Source: a virus (taxonomy: Duplodnaviria > Caudoviricetes). From it: DNA of 58,046 nucleotides. Below, in pieces: positions 35,085 through 45,357 of the stretch (positions within the stretch are counted from its first letter, which is position 1; every line of letters starts with the position of its first letter). The position numbers and the translations under genes are program-made. Location of the stretch: the IMG/VR virus record IMGVR_UViG_3300025652_006157, positions 1 through 58,046 of that record, one strand, 5' to 3'. Below the pieces are notes generated by a model. The model had not been told where the DNA came from. It saw nothing but the letters and a program-made list of their open reading frames with translations, and searched no databases.

Positions 35085-36040
35085 TATGAAATCCTCAAGC
35101 AAACGGTAGGCCCTGTTACAGGGCCTATAGTGCCAGCCCTATATAGATAACCCATTACGCGCCACGTTCCGGCTGGTACTGGGGATGTATCGTACTGGTC
35201 GCTCGCGCTTGAAAAGTAATAAGTTGCGCTACCAGCTACGGTTGTTCCAGCACCATAAGTTGCGTTCGCCCTCAGTCCAAGAAATGCATAGCTACCGACA
35301 GAGCCTAGCGCCGCCGCCGCCATAGCCGCACCAACATCAGTCGAAGGCGCATAAGCCGCAATAGCCGCTCGCGTAAAAGCAGTAGAAGCTATCCGCGTGT
35401 TATTAGAGGCTGTTCCCGCTGTTGGTGCGGTTGGAGTGCCTGTTAGGTTTGGTGATTCTAGTGGGGCTTTCTCCGCCAAAGCAGTATCAAGCCCTGTTAC
35501 GTTAGCTGTTGTATGTGTATGTGATGTAAGAGCATAAGTACTATGTGTGTGGCTATCATTAACTACTGTAGCTACTATATCTACTGCAGCTGTACCATCA
35601 AAGTTAACTGTACCTGTAACGTCCCCTGAAAGGGATATAGCTCTAGTAGTTAATAACTTAGTAGCAGATACTGCATTTGCTCCTGCGGCTAAAGCCCCGA
35701 TATCACCCGTTGTCAAAACCCTAGTAGTCATTGCTGAAATATGCCCTTCAGCAGTAGTGGTAATACTATCAATGATAGTAGCACCAGTAGTATCTATATT
35801 TGTAGTAGCATATGAAGGATGTGTGTACCCAGGAACTAAGTCTTCCCAAGCCGAAATACCATCATATATATATAGCTTATTTAGGTCTGTTCTCCAGCAC
35901 GGAGTTCCATCATATAGAAGAGTAGCTGGAAACGTTGTTCCAGCATTAAGAGACCTAAAGGACTTATAATTATCTATCATTTTTGTGTGAGACGCATTAA
36001 GCGTGTCTGTGTTTGGAAATTCTGTATAATTTTGTGACAT
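35084..36040 (-). CDS. Tail fibre protein
   Basis: SLSGDVTG, HTH repeats, KAPLESPNLTGTPTAPTA, VGSYAF..GTWRVMG. Confidence 0.85.
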   Translation of the reverse strand: MSQNYTEFPNTDTLNASHTKMIDNYKSFRSLNAGTTFPATLLYDGTPCWRTDLNKLYIYDGISAWEDLVPGYTHPSYATTNIDTTGATIIDSITTTAEGHISAMTTRVLTTGDIGALAAGANAVSATKLLTTRAISLSGDVTGTVNFDGTAAVDIVATVVNDSHTHSTYALTSHTHTTANVTGLDTALAEKAPLESPNLTGTPTAPTAGTASNNTRIASTAFTRAAIAAYAPSTDVGAAMAAAALGSVGSYAFLGLRANATYGAGTTVAGSATYYFSSASDQYDTSPVPAGTWRVMGYLYRAGTIGPVTGPTVCLRIS

Positions 36041-36044
36041 TTAT

Positions 36045-36911
36045 TTAATACCCGTCTGATGCCCAAGTGACGGAACCTGTTACATAGGTTCCCGTATTGT
36101 CTATTAGTTTAACAGTAAATCCTGTTAAACTTTCACTGCTTATTTCTGGAGTAGCTACTCCACCTATCCCACCCTTAAAAGCTAATATAACATTTGGGTT
36201 GCCTGCATTGTAAGGTCTGTCAAATGTTACAGCTATACCAGAGGCAGCAGATATAATTACTGCAGTACCTTTATTATGAATATCTGCCACATCCACGATA
36301 ACCTTAAGATTATCTAGAACAGGAGTATCATTCGATAGCGTAGTAAGAATAGCCTTAACCTTTGCATACCTATACGCATAGTCCCCCGGCAGAAACTTTT
36401 TAAACTGCTCAAAACCCGCAGGACTTCCAGAATCTACTAAATCTTGGAATTGTGTTAAGGTTAATGGCGTATTAAATATTGATATATCTGAAAAAGTTGC
36501 GGAAGGTAGCCTGCTAATAAACTCTATAAACGCAAAGGCTTCTTCTATAGGAATAATTATATTCTTAGATGTATCTTCTGTAAATACTAAAGACTCATTG
36601 AATGCCTTAACTATGTTATAAACTCTATCAAATACTTCAGAGAAGCTAAGTGATACTGCTTGCTGCATTATATACTGCTTTGTTATATGCTCAGTAAAAG
36701 TTAAAGACTCATTAAAAGAGCCTTTAACTATACTTTTAGTTGGTGCAGGGGTTTCTGCAATACCTAACAAGACCGAAACTCCTGTAGTCCAACTAAACGG
36801 GGCTGCACTTTCCCAACTATCTACCACAGGAGCGCTTAACCAAGTTTCAGTATACGTATTCCAAGTATATACAGTATTAGCTATCTTGCTTATATTTACT
36901 GTATCTGCCAT
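36045..36911 (-). CDS. Tail/baseplate-associated structural protein
   Basis: Late operon position; C-terminal beta-rich gp37-like segment. Confidence 0.6.
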   Translation of the reverse strand: MADTVNISKIANTVYTWNTYTETWLSAPVVDSWESAAPFSWTTGVSVLLGIAETPAPTKSIVKGSFNESLTFTEHITKQYIMQQAVSLSFSEVFDRVYNIVKAFNESLVFTEDTSKNIIIPIEEAFAFIEFISRLPSATFSDISIFNTPLTLTQFQDLVDSGSPAGFEQFKKFLPGDYAYRYAKVKAILTTLSNDTPVLDNLKVIVDVADIHNKGTAVIISAASGIAVTFDRPYNAGNPNVILAFKGGIGGVATPEISSESLTGFTVKLIDNTGTYVTGSVTWASDGY

Positions 36912-36920
36912 AATTTAATA

Positions 36921-37379
36921 CTAAGCTAACGTAAAGGTAAATGTAATACCTAAAGTGTCGCTTGCTCCTTTATTTATAACAGGAAATACTACCCTATCTA
37001 ACATAGTTCCAGCAGAAGCAGCATTAAATACTCCGGCCTCTGTAAGCGCCCCAGTACCAACACCCGTACCAAAAGTACAAGACATTGTGAAAATCTTAGT
37101 ACTAAGGGTATGAGCGTACGCTGCAGCTATTCTACTTAACTCGGTTTGAAGGCCTGTATTTCCAGCAACTGCCGCTGTTGCTCCAGTGCCTACAGCTATA
37201 TGACTTAGAAGTGCAGGCCTAGAGCCGTTACCCAAAGAAGCACATATAAGGTCAAAGCCTGCATTTACTATTAAGTTATCTCTGTTATATACTATGACAG
37301 AAGAATCTGCTTTAGTTAGTGTTGCTCTCATACTGCCCTTGAAGGACAGCATTTGGTTTTCTTTATTATCTTCTACCAT
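36921..37379 (-). CDS. Tail fibre-anchoring/collar-type structural protein
   Basis: NLIVNAG, HIAVGTG, LTEAGVFN, MLDRVVF..INK. Confidence 0.7.
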   Translation of the reverse strand: MVEDNKENQMLSFKGSMRATLTKADSSVIVYNRDNLIVNAGFDLICASLGNGSRPALLSHIAVGTGATAAVAGNTGLQTELSRIAAAYAHTLSTKIFTMSCTFGTGVGTGALTEAGVFNAASAGTMLDRVVFPVINKGASDTLGITFTFTLA

Positions 37380-37380
37380 T

Positions 37381-40300
37381 TTAGTAAAGTCTCAGTGAGT
37401 TAAAAGTCCCCGAAGGGGTAATAGGTTGAATGCTTGTGGTAGCATTATCAGAATCATATATATTAGATACCATCAGTTTTCTCTCTGTGATGCTTTGAGA
37501 GACTGCTAAGGCAAATAACTTATCTGAGGCTAGAGCATATATTAATGTTTGTGTGTTTCCTAACTCATCTACCATTAGCAGCTCTCCATCTTTATAAGTG
37601 ACCTTAAGAAAAGAGCTAGTAGCTGTATTATATAAAGTAAATAGGAAGTATTCAAACCCAACAGTAAATGCTTCTTCCGGATTTACCCACACTAGTATTG
37701 AAAATACTTCTGGGATCGTAATATCCCAGGAAGCTACAGTATTAGGAAGCCTATTTAACCCATCTCCTGTTCTACCAGAAGTTATAAATGTAGTAGCATG
37801 AATACTTTCAGCTAAAGCTGTTCCTAAATATGTGCTACTAGTTCCGTCTAGTCTAATAGCATCTACAAGCCCGGCTTTTAAAGACCCAGGATCTGTAGCT
37901 ATTTCTAAGGTTGTATATACTGTAGAAATATCTACGTCTTGTAAAGGCAGCCAAGCTCTTAGTCCTGCCGTAGAAGAGTTCCACGCAAAAGTTGAAGCGG
38001 TCCAAGATAGCGTATCTATTTCAGCAACAGAAGAAGTATAAAACCCAGTAGACTGTGCTTCTGTAAAATACCCTAAGTCAATATCAAATATAAACTCTCC
38101 TTGCTGATCAGCAACTGTGGTTAGTTGTACACTATCGGCAACATTTTGAGTATTTATATACCTACCAGCATAGCTGTCTAGTTCTTTATCTACAGTAACG
38201 ACTACGTTTCTGTAAGGTATTTCAGCTATAGCAGTAGTAGTACTAGAGGCCAGATAGCTGTAAAGCCCATTAGAGCTTATAGCTTTAAGTAGAAAAGTTC
38301 TATCGCCTTGAGCAAATCCAGCGGCTAGATTTAAATAAGTAGTGTTAGTTCTTGTTACAAAAGTAGAAGTGCTCCAAGAATTGCCCTCTCTTACTTCATA
38401 TAAAGCAGCCCCAACTAAAGGAGCCCAATCTAACTGTATATTATTAGCTGTTTGTGTTGCTATAAATCTTCTTACAGAGGCAGGAGCCTCTAGTGTCAAA
38501 GTGGTAGAAGTTATTAAAGCAGATAGGTTGCCTGAAGTATCCTCAGCCCTTATTAAGTAGAAGTTGTCCCCTTCAATGGCTGAGGTATGCTCAAAGGTAG
38601 TGCTGTTTATAAGCTCTGCTAATACCTCTGCCGTTTCCCATGACACCCCATATTTAATAGTATAACCTTTTAAATCTAGGTCAGGTACAGGATTCCAGCT
38701 TAAGTTAACACCTGTTGAAGATGTTAAAGCTGTAAAACCTGTAACATCTGCTGGAGGTGCTGTTTTACCTAAAGCTATGAAGTTTTCCAAAAGTGCAGGT
38801 TCACTAGACCTTTTACCTAAAGAATCTATGCTGTACACTTGGAAAGAATACAATCCTACTTGTGTATTATATATTGTTACATTTGCTACTGTTACATTAT
38901 TTCCATAAGGTACCCAGTTTCCTGAATCTAACTTATACTCTATATAGTATGAAGTACTGTTAGATATAAAATCCCAAGAGAGATCAATTCTGTTTAATAC
39001 TGTACCAGATGCTGAGATATATAAAATTTCGGAAGCTTCTAAGTTAGTAGGAGCTGCTGGGTTAAATGACAGCACAGATATAGAATCTGTTTGAAGCTGC
39101 TCGTCTTTGTCTATAAAATCAAACTTAGAAGGGTTGAACTCTACAGCAGTAATCTGGTATATATTAGGCGACTCTTCTGTTATGCCTAAAACTCTAAACT
39201 GCTGAGCCTCTACTTCCTGCTCTGAAAGCATCCACATGGCGTTTGCTTCCGGTGTCATAGAAAGTGGAGTAGCTAGTACTATCTCGGAAGAAGTGCCGTA
39301 GTTTATAAAATCATAGGTCTCTATAGCTCCTAAATTAGACTCTCCATACTCTCCGTTTGGTAATAACTTTTTAGCATTGTAGGGCATGACTACAGAAACT
39401 GTATAGTTTTTATCTGGAGAAAAAACAACATCACTGTCTAATATTAGTTTATTAGCTTGTGAGCCTTTTAATAACCTTCCAGAATATCTGATACCTGCTC
39501 GGCTAACATCTGCTATCTGTATTATTTCTCCCGGCTTTATAACTGAACCGTCTAAGCCTGCGGCAAATACTACTGTTTCTGTCTCTAGTTTTTCAGAGTA
39601 TAAAAGCCACTTACCTAATCTATTAGCTTGCCCTCTAGAGGTGCAGCCAACGGCTACTACTTCTGCCTCTCTAACGCCGTACCTTAGTACTGAATCCTTA
39701 TCCTCTACATACTCCACTTTAGGCTTATATAGGTTTCCTGGATCGTTCCACGTAACTAAGGCTATACTATGTCTCGCCTTAATCGAGGTACCTGAGTAGG
39801 TAAACTGCCCACCAATAACATTAGCTTTAGAGAAAATAGCTACAGGGTCGGAAGGGGAGTCTTGAACAGTGCTTAAGCTACCGCCTGCCCAATATGTCAT
39901 TCCTCTAAATACAGATACTAAGCTCTGTAGCACTTTTATAGCATCTTCTCTAGTTTGCATATAAATATTAAGTGTAAACCTGCTTTCTTGCCCCCCGAAA
40001 CCATCAGGAACAAGCTCATCACAATACTTACCTATATTATATAAGTCCCATTTATCTATTTGAGACTCTTTAATGTAAGAACCAAGCCCATATCTAGTAT
40101 TAGTTACTAGGTCATAAAAGCACCAAGCGGGGTTATCAGTCCAAGCTACCTTAAATGTACCGTCCCAAAGACCCGTATATATTTTTGTATTAGGGTCGTA
40201 GTTTGTGGGTATTTTAACTTTAAGAAGTCTTACATGATAAGATCTGTCAGGAATTCTATCAAACTGCTCCGAATCCACAGATATAAAAACATAGGCGCTG

Positions 40301-41589
40301 TTTGGGTATGAAAGCTTTTCATCTATAATAGAAGTATATGAATCCCAGTATAAGTTGTTAACAAGAGCCGAGGATGCAGAATCCGCAGTTATTCTAGTAA
40401 TTTTAACATCCCACGGGGCGCTACCTGTTAGCGGTATTGTTATACTTCTTTGATATTTACTATTAGTTTTACCTGTGATTCTAGCAGTACCAACCTGATA
40501 GTCTCTAGTTAGAAGTATTCTAGTAGAGGTTGTAGGTATGCCTAAACTTTCCCCTATAAAACCGCCAAAGATACTAGTACCCCCATAATAAGAATCTGAG
40601 TCTGCATATGTTGTAGTAGTTAACACACCAGAAGGCACATGAACAGTCCCACTGCCAGATACCTTGGTTACTCTGAAGCTATAGTTTGCACCTGTTAGAT
40701 TATTAATTTCAAGAGGTAAAGATGCTGAGGCCGTTGTTGTGCTTGTTGGGTTTGAGAATGTAGGTGTTGATAGTACAACCCACCCTCCCCCTACATTATC
40801 ATTATACTCTATACTAACGTTAGGGGGTGTTCCCCCATATAGATTAATAGTTTTATACTCATATTGGGCCCACCAGCCAGAGAAAGTGGTAGTGGTAATT
40901 CCGAAAATATTAGTGGTAGTAGTAGTCTCTTTTTCTATACGTACTTGTTTAGAGCCTACCACGGGTCTTTCCCAGACCATACTACCATGTAGTCCAGTAG
41001 TCTCAGCCCCCGTACTTATAGTTATACTAGCAGCATTAGACGTAATAGAATCAGGAGAGGCCGATACGGTTCCATCTGTGACCGTAGAAATAGGAAGGTC
41101 TTTAAAACCACCCCCATTACTTTGCACAGAGATACTAAAAGCTATAGAAGAGCCAGAAATATCGCCATTAGTAGTGTTCTGGGAAGTGAGCCTAGGCACC
41201 CCCAGAGTTAAGCGGAGTCTATCTACGTCTGGGTCTGAGATTGTTTTAGTAACGGGCAGGGATTGGGTTATCTCTATACCAACCCCGCTTTCCACCTCTG
41301 TACCTTTAAAATCAGAAACAGGAGTTTGCTCTTGTGACCCGTTTCTAAACTCTAATGTAACGCCTGAGAAATTAGTACTACCATCTCCATTTTGTATTGG
41401 TGTGTCATTTAATAATACAGACTTTAACCCAGAGATTAAACCCTCTATTTCCCCTTCTCCTAGAAGGTCTAATACTTTAGCAAACTGCCTTGACTTAAGG
41501 CTATCAGGAGCTTCTACGGCTACTCGAGCTGCTCCGCCGCCGCCGCCTTTTCCTCCGCCCCCTGCACCCGATATGTATGTTTCTGACAT
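37381..41589 (-). CDS. Tail tip host-specificity protein (lambda gpJ-like) with FnIII domains
   Basis: DLLGEGEIEG, YTGLWDGTFK.AWTDNPAW..YDL, IDKWDLY, GCTSRGQANRLGKW. Confidence 0.92.
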   Translation of the reverse strand: MSETYISGAGGGGKGGGGGAARVAVEAPDSLKSRQFAKVLDLLGEGEIEGLISGLKSVLLNDTPIQNGDGSTNFSGVTLEFRNGSQEQTPVSDFKGTEVESGVGIEITQSLPVTKTISDPDVDRLRLTLGVPRLTSQNTTNGDISGSSIAFSISVQSNGGGFKDLPISTVTDGTVSASPDSITSNAASITISTGAETTGLHGSMVWERPVVGSKQVRIEKETTTTTNIFGITTTTFSGWWAQYEYKTINLYGGTPPNVSIEYNDNVGGGWVVLSTPTFSNPTSTTTASASLPLEINNLTGANYSFRVTKVSGSGTVHVPSGVLTTTTYADSDSYYGGTSIFGGFIGESLGIPTTSTRILLTRDYQVGTARITGKTNSKYQRSITIPLTGSAPWDVKITRITADSASSALVNNLYWDSYTSIIDEKLSYPNSAYVFISVDSEQFDRIPDRSYHVRLLKVKIPTNYDPNTKIYTGLWDGTFKVAWTDNPAWCFYDLVTNTRYGLGSYIKESQIDKWDLYNIGKYCDELVPDGFGGQESRFTLNIYMQTREDAIKVLQSLVSVFRGMTYWAGGSLSTVQDSPSDPVAIFSKANVIGGQFTYSGTSIKARHSIALVTWNDPGNLYKPKVEYVEDKDSVLRYGVREAEVVAVGCTSRGQANRLGKWLLYSEKLETETVVFAAGLDGSVIKPGEIIQIADVSRAGIRYSGRLLKGSQANKLILDSDVVFSPDKNYTVSVVMPYNAKKLLPNGEYGESNLGAIETYDFINYGTSSEIVLATPLSMTPEANAMWMLSEQEVEAQQFRVLGITEESPNIYQITAVEFNPSKFDFIDKDEQLQTDSISVLSFNPAAPTNLEASEILYISASGTVLNRIDLSWDFISNSTSYYIEYKLDSGNWVPYGNNVTVANVTIYNTQVGLYSFQVYSIDSLGKRSSEPALLENFIALGKTAPPADVTGFTALTSSTGVNLSWNPVPDLDLKGYTIKYGVSWETAEVLAELINSTTFEHTSAIEGDNFYLIRAEDTSGNLSALITSTTLTLEAPASVRRFIATQTANNIQLDWAPLVGAALYEVREGNSWSTSTFVTRTNTTYLNLAAGFAQGDRTFLLKAISSNGLYSYLASSTTTAIAEIPYRNVVVTVDKELDSYAGRYINTQNVADSVQLTTVADQQGEFIFDIDLGYFTEAQSTGFYTSSVAEIDTLSWTASTFAWNSSTAGLRAWLPLQDVDISTVYTTLEIATDPGSLKAGLVDAIRLDGTSSTYLGTALAESIHATTFITSGRTGDGLNRLPNTVASWDITIPEVFSILVWVNPEEAFTVGFEYFLFTLYNTATSSFLKVTYKDGELLMVDELGNTQTLIYALASDKLFALAVSQSITERKLMVSNIYDSDNATTSIQPITPSGTFNSLRLY

Positions 41590-42213
41590 TTAAATATTTA
41601 CCGTAGTTAAGCCAGCACCTATTACAGCACTACCTATTAATAATTCTCCGTAACCTACTGCAACAGGATGTCCTTGTGCAGTAGTATTTACAGCACCTCT
41701 AAAGTAAAAAGAAGGTGTGTTTTCTGGTGATTCTGATGGCTTCGGTGTATCTGGCTGGGACATAAACAAGGAAGATACACCGCCTAATAACAAAGACATA
41801 CCTATAGCACCAAGTACTGTACTTACGCCTGCTAAGAAGGTTCCTGCAGTTGCTCCAGCTAATGCCCCGATGCCGCCGAAACCTGCCCCAAAAGAGGCTA
41901 AACCTCCGGTAGCCCAAATAAGCGCAACACCTAAAACTACCTTAAACACACCGCCTGCTCCATCTATGACAGGCACTATTCTTATTATTTGTCTTTTAGA
42001 GTACGGATTAAATAGTTCAGACTCTTCTATGTCAGAGTCACCAATTAGTATAGAGTACTTACTATCTGGTTTATCAAATTCTTTTTTTAATTCAGGAAAG
42101 TTACATACTAAAGCCTTTATGACTTCCGCTATGGACTTTACCTCTAGTTTTAATTCTCTAAGCTCGCATATTTCTGCAACGCTACCATATAACCTTACTG
42201 TTGTAAGTTCCAT
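41590..42213 (-). CDS. Tail assembly protein I-like
   Basis: VRLYG, IRIVPVIDGAG, VNTTAQGHPVAVGYG. Confidence 0.9.
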   Translation of the reverse strand: MELTTVRLYGSVAEICELRELKLEVKSIAEVIKALVCNFPELKKEFDKPDSKYSILIGDSDIEESELFNPYSKRQIIRIVPVIDGAGGVFKVVLGVALIWATGGLASFGAGFGGIGALAGATAGTFLAGVSTVLGAIGMSLLLGGVSSLFMSQPDTPKPSESPENTPSFYFRGAVNTTAQGHPVAVGYGELLIGSAVIGAGLTTVNI

Positions 42214-42216
42214 AAT

Positions 42217-42627
42217 CTACACCTTGTATCTTGCTATAATACTAATATTCTTTAACCAGAAGCCTGTTAACGGCACTATACTAGATAGTCTGCCTGTTAC
42301 ATGGTGTAAAATATTGCCGTCTCCTAAATATATAGCTGCGTGGTTTGGGACAGAGGACATCAACTTTATAAGTATAACATCATATATTTGAATGTCTACA
42401 ACCTCCTCAAAGCCTGAAGCTGCTATATTATCAACATATAAGTTCTCACCCTCTTCCCACCAACCCTCTACATTATGTACTTTAGGTATTACAATCCCTA
42501 ACTCTTTCTCATAGAACTCTATGAGAAGAGAGCAGCAATCGGAAGTGCCATACTTAAAAGGCCTACCTATATATTTTCTTGGTTCAATGTTCTGTGCCTC
42601 AAAAATGCCCAAGTGTTTTTCTCCCAA
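42217..42627 (-). CDS. Stand-alone NlpC/P60 domain (second gpK-like); start uncertain
   Basis: YIGRPFKYGTSDC, PNHAAIYLGDGNILHH. Confidence 0.8.
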   Translation of the reverse strand: MGEKHLGIFEAQNIEPRKYIGRPFKYGTSDCCSLLIEFYEKELGIVIPKVHNVEGWWEEGENLYVDNIAASGFEEVVDIQIYDVILIKLMSSVPNHAAIYLGDGNILHHVTGRLSSIVPLTGFWLKNISIIARYKV

Positions 42628-43289
42628 TACCCACCATACACTGCCTTACAGGAATTCCTGTTAGCTAAATGGTGTAAAATTATATTGTTCCCTAAATATA
42701 TAGCCCCATGGTTTGGCACAGGGGAACCAACTTGCATAACAATTACATCATGGACTTTTGGTTTTCCAGAGGTTATTATATCAAAATTAGCATCATCTGC
42801 CAAGTCTAAATACATGTTTAGCCCTTTATCCCACCAATTGTCTTGTCTATAGTAGTTATCTATATGTATACCTAGCTCACTAGAGTAGTAATCCCTTACT
42901 AGACTAAGACAATCTATTACCCCATGAAAGAAAGTTCTACCTTCCAGAGGTAGAACTTTATCGTTTGGTACTACTAAGGTTTCTGAGCGTTCGGGCAGGG
43001 AAAGTATTAACCAAGGCACTTTTCCTTGATTACAAGACACCTTGTCTGCTTCCGAAGGGGCACTGTTAGACCAAGAGTGACTGTGTATAATATACACAAT
43101 ATCCCCCGAGTCTTCTGCCTTAACATAGTCTCTGGGGGATATTGTAAAAGTATTTTCTGCGTTGCTTGATATATTTTGGCAGGGCATATATTCTAATATG
43201 CCCGCCTTTGAAACTACTATACCACAAGACTCCAAGGGGAAAACTCTTTCCGCCTCTAAGTATGCAGCCTCTACTACGTGTTTAAACAT
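42567..43289 (-). CDS. Tail assembly protein K-like (JAB + NlpC/P60)
   Basis: PLESCG, HSH..PSEAD, GVIDCLSLVRDYY, PNHGAIYLG; start re-picked at MFKHV. Confidence 0.9.
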   Translation of the reverse strand: MFKHVVEAAYLEAERVFPLESCGIVVSKAGILEYMPCQNISSNAENTFTISPRDYVKAEDSGDIVYIIHSHSWSNSAPSEADKVSCNQGKVPWLILSLPERSETLVVPNDKVLPLEGRTFFHGVIDCLSLVRDYYSSELGIHIDNYYRQDNWWDKGLNMYLDLADDANFDIITSGKPKVHDVIVMQVGSPVPNHGAIYLGNNIILHHLANRNSCKAVYGGYWEKNTWAFLRHRTLNQENI

Positions 43290-45342
43290 TAAATAGCCCC
43301 GCCCCTGGAAAACCACCGAAGGGTAAAACACCGTTTTGCCCGAAGCGTAAAGTACAAGCATGCAGTGATTTACTGCATGAATCCTCTGAAATCTCCACTG
43401 TTGGGTTATCTGCTGCATCTGCTACAGCCCCTCCAGCATATGAGCACTCAGAGCTCCTATAAGACCAAGGACAGATGTTCTGTATTATTTGTCTTTTAGG
43501 TACTTTAAGCCCTTCAACGTCCCAATTAGAAGATAACTCAAACTCTATAAGCGAGGCATTTTCAGATACTTTCCTATCTATATAGAATACATCATCATCA
43601 AAGAATACATTCGGGTCTGCCAGCCTATTCCCATCCGCAAAGTTAACTGCATCCAAATACTTCATGAATGTTCTTTTGCGATTAACTTTAGCGCCAACTA
43701 AATCATCTAAGGTTCTAGTTAAAGTGCCTATAGTCCCAAGTATATTAGATACTGTTATTGTAGGTCTTGGAATTTCTCCGTTACTACTAACATCGAAACC
43801 TCTAGCCTCTATAGGAAAAGGTAAGTACTCAATACCTTGCCAAACTACACTAGTATGTAACTCATTGGTCCCAGCATGGAAATAATATATAGAATCTCCA
43901 AGCTCTGTTAAATCTAACGAGTATAGAACTACTAAAGAGCCTGCCGATAGTTCTTGAATATCTCTAGCAATATAAGGTGTTTCTTTATAGAAAACCTCAG
44001 TTACTCTTTCTACTATATTTATAACCGCAGGAGGTATTGTTAGTATTTGCGTTGCCGCAAAGACCACAGTATCGAAGCTGGTTACAACTATATTTTCTAC
44101 TGCTGTAACAACCCTAATAATAGGCTTAAGCACTACAGAGGTATCCCTAGGCGTAACCACTAAGAAATCTTGAGTTGTTACTATATCTACATTTTGTACA
44201 ACAGTAGTTGCAAACTCGGTAACTACTAGACTATCTGTGCTAGCATCTAACGCTCTACTTATTGATAAGGCAGTGGGGTACTCTATAAATAGTAAACTAC
44301 CGGTTAAGGCAGGCACATCGTACAATATGCTAATACTAGTGTCTAGTCCGGTTACTGTTAAACTAGGAGTATTCGGAACTACTAATTCTCTATTATAAAA
44401 AACGCTAGTAGTATTTTCAGTTACACTTAGAGACGCAGTTGATATATCTAATTGATTATTAAATTGAATATCTGAAGCATTTGTGGATACAGCTAGCGTT
44501 TCAGTGTTTAAAGTGGTAAGGTTCTGGCTTACTTTAATATCTGATTCATTGGTAGTAACTGCCAAAGCTTGCGTGTTTGCAGTTAGTAAATCTCTGCTTG
44601 CATTAACATCTGCTACACTTTCTACTACTGTTAATGATATTGCGGCACTAGTATCTACACTCTGACTATCTTTAACATCAGATACATTTTCAGACAGTAG
44701 TAGACTAACAGTATTAGGTACTACTATATTTATCTCACCTTCGTCTATAGTAGCTGAAAACGTAGTTACTGTAAAGCTGGGTGTATTAAGTGTTGGCACG
44801 CCTAAAGCGTCATTAACATCGGATACTTGTTCTGCTACTACTGATCCTGGAGTGTTTAATGTAGTAAGTGCTAAATCTAAATCATCTGGCTTATTTACCC
44901 AGTCTATAAACTGGAACTCACCTGTAGTTCTAGAAGTAGGACTGCCGCCTGTAGCTGCGGCTACAATTTCAACCTCAACTAGCGAGCCGTTTGCTGTTCC
45001 AAGAAGTGAAGCGTTCCAAGTAATAGAACGAGATGCTTCCGTAATACTAGAATGTGTCCAAGTATCAATAGCGGTTCCGCCGTTGATTCTTGTCCCATTT
45101 TCTCTAAGATAAGCGTTAAAAGTAGTGCTGCTTACGTTTGCTGTTACTCTATACTTAACTGTAAAGCTTTGTAAGCCTGCTCCTGCTATAGGTGGGTTTA
45201 AAGGAGTAGGAAAACTGACAGCAACTACGCTGTCAGTATTATTGTCTGCCGCCGTTAACCACAGACCATCATCAGTTTGTATATCAACTAATGCACCGGT
45301 TAGGTTAGATTGTAGGAGTAATCCATCAACTGTTAAAGGCAT
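43282..45342 (-). CDS. Minor tail protein L-like domain fused to ~455-aa N-terminal extension
   Basis: C-terminal YFHAGTNE, VWQG.EY..FPIEA.GF, RKRTF.KYLDAVNF, CPWSYRSSEC, CSK...C..RFG..LPFGGFPG. Confidence 0.88.
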   Translation of the reverse strand: MPLTVDGLLLQSNLTGALVDIQTDDGLWLTAADNNTDSVVAVSFPTPLNPPIAGAGLQSFTVKYRVTANVSSTTFNAYLRENGTRINGGTAIDTWTHSSITEASRSITWNASLLGTANGSLVEVEIVAAATGGSPTSRTTGEFQFIDWVNKPDDLDLALTTLNTPGSVVAEQVSDVNDALGVPTLNTPSFTVTTFSATIDEGEINIVVPNTVSLLLSENVSDVKDSQSVDTSAAISLTVVESVADVNASRDLLTANTQALAVTTNESDIKVSQNLTTLNTETLAVSTNASDIQFNNQLDISTASLSVTENTTSVFYNRELVVPNTPSLTVTGLDTSISILYDVPALTGSLLFIEYPTALSISRALDASTDSLVVTEFATTVVQNVDIVTTQDFLVVTPRDTSVVLKPIIRVVTAVENIVVTSFDTVVFAATQILTIPPAVINIVERVTEVFYKETPYIARDIQELSAGSLVVLYSLDLTELGDSIYYFHAGTNELHTSVVWQGIEYLPFPIEARGFDVSSNGEIPRPTITVSNILGTIGTLTRTLDDLVGAKVNRKRTFMKYLDAVNFADGNRLADPNVFFDDDVFYIDRKVSENASLIEFELSSNWDVEGLKVPKRQIIQNICPWSYRSSECSYAGGAVADAADNPTVEISEDSCSKSLHACTLRFGQNGVLPFGGFPGAGLFNV

Positions 45343-45357
45343 TATTTACTCCTTATT

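Noticed and set aside
40739-41593. 284-aa + strand ORF, and similar antisense ORFs at 1380-1976, 24469-25056 and 41717-42391
   Set aside because: Antisense shadows of well-supported genes; no RBS or recognisable motifs
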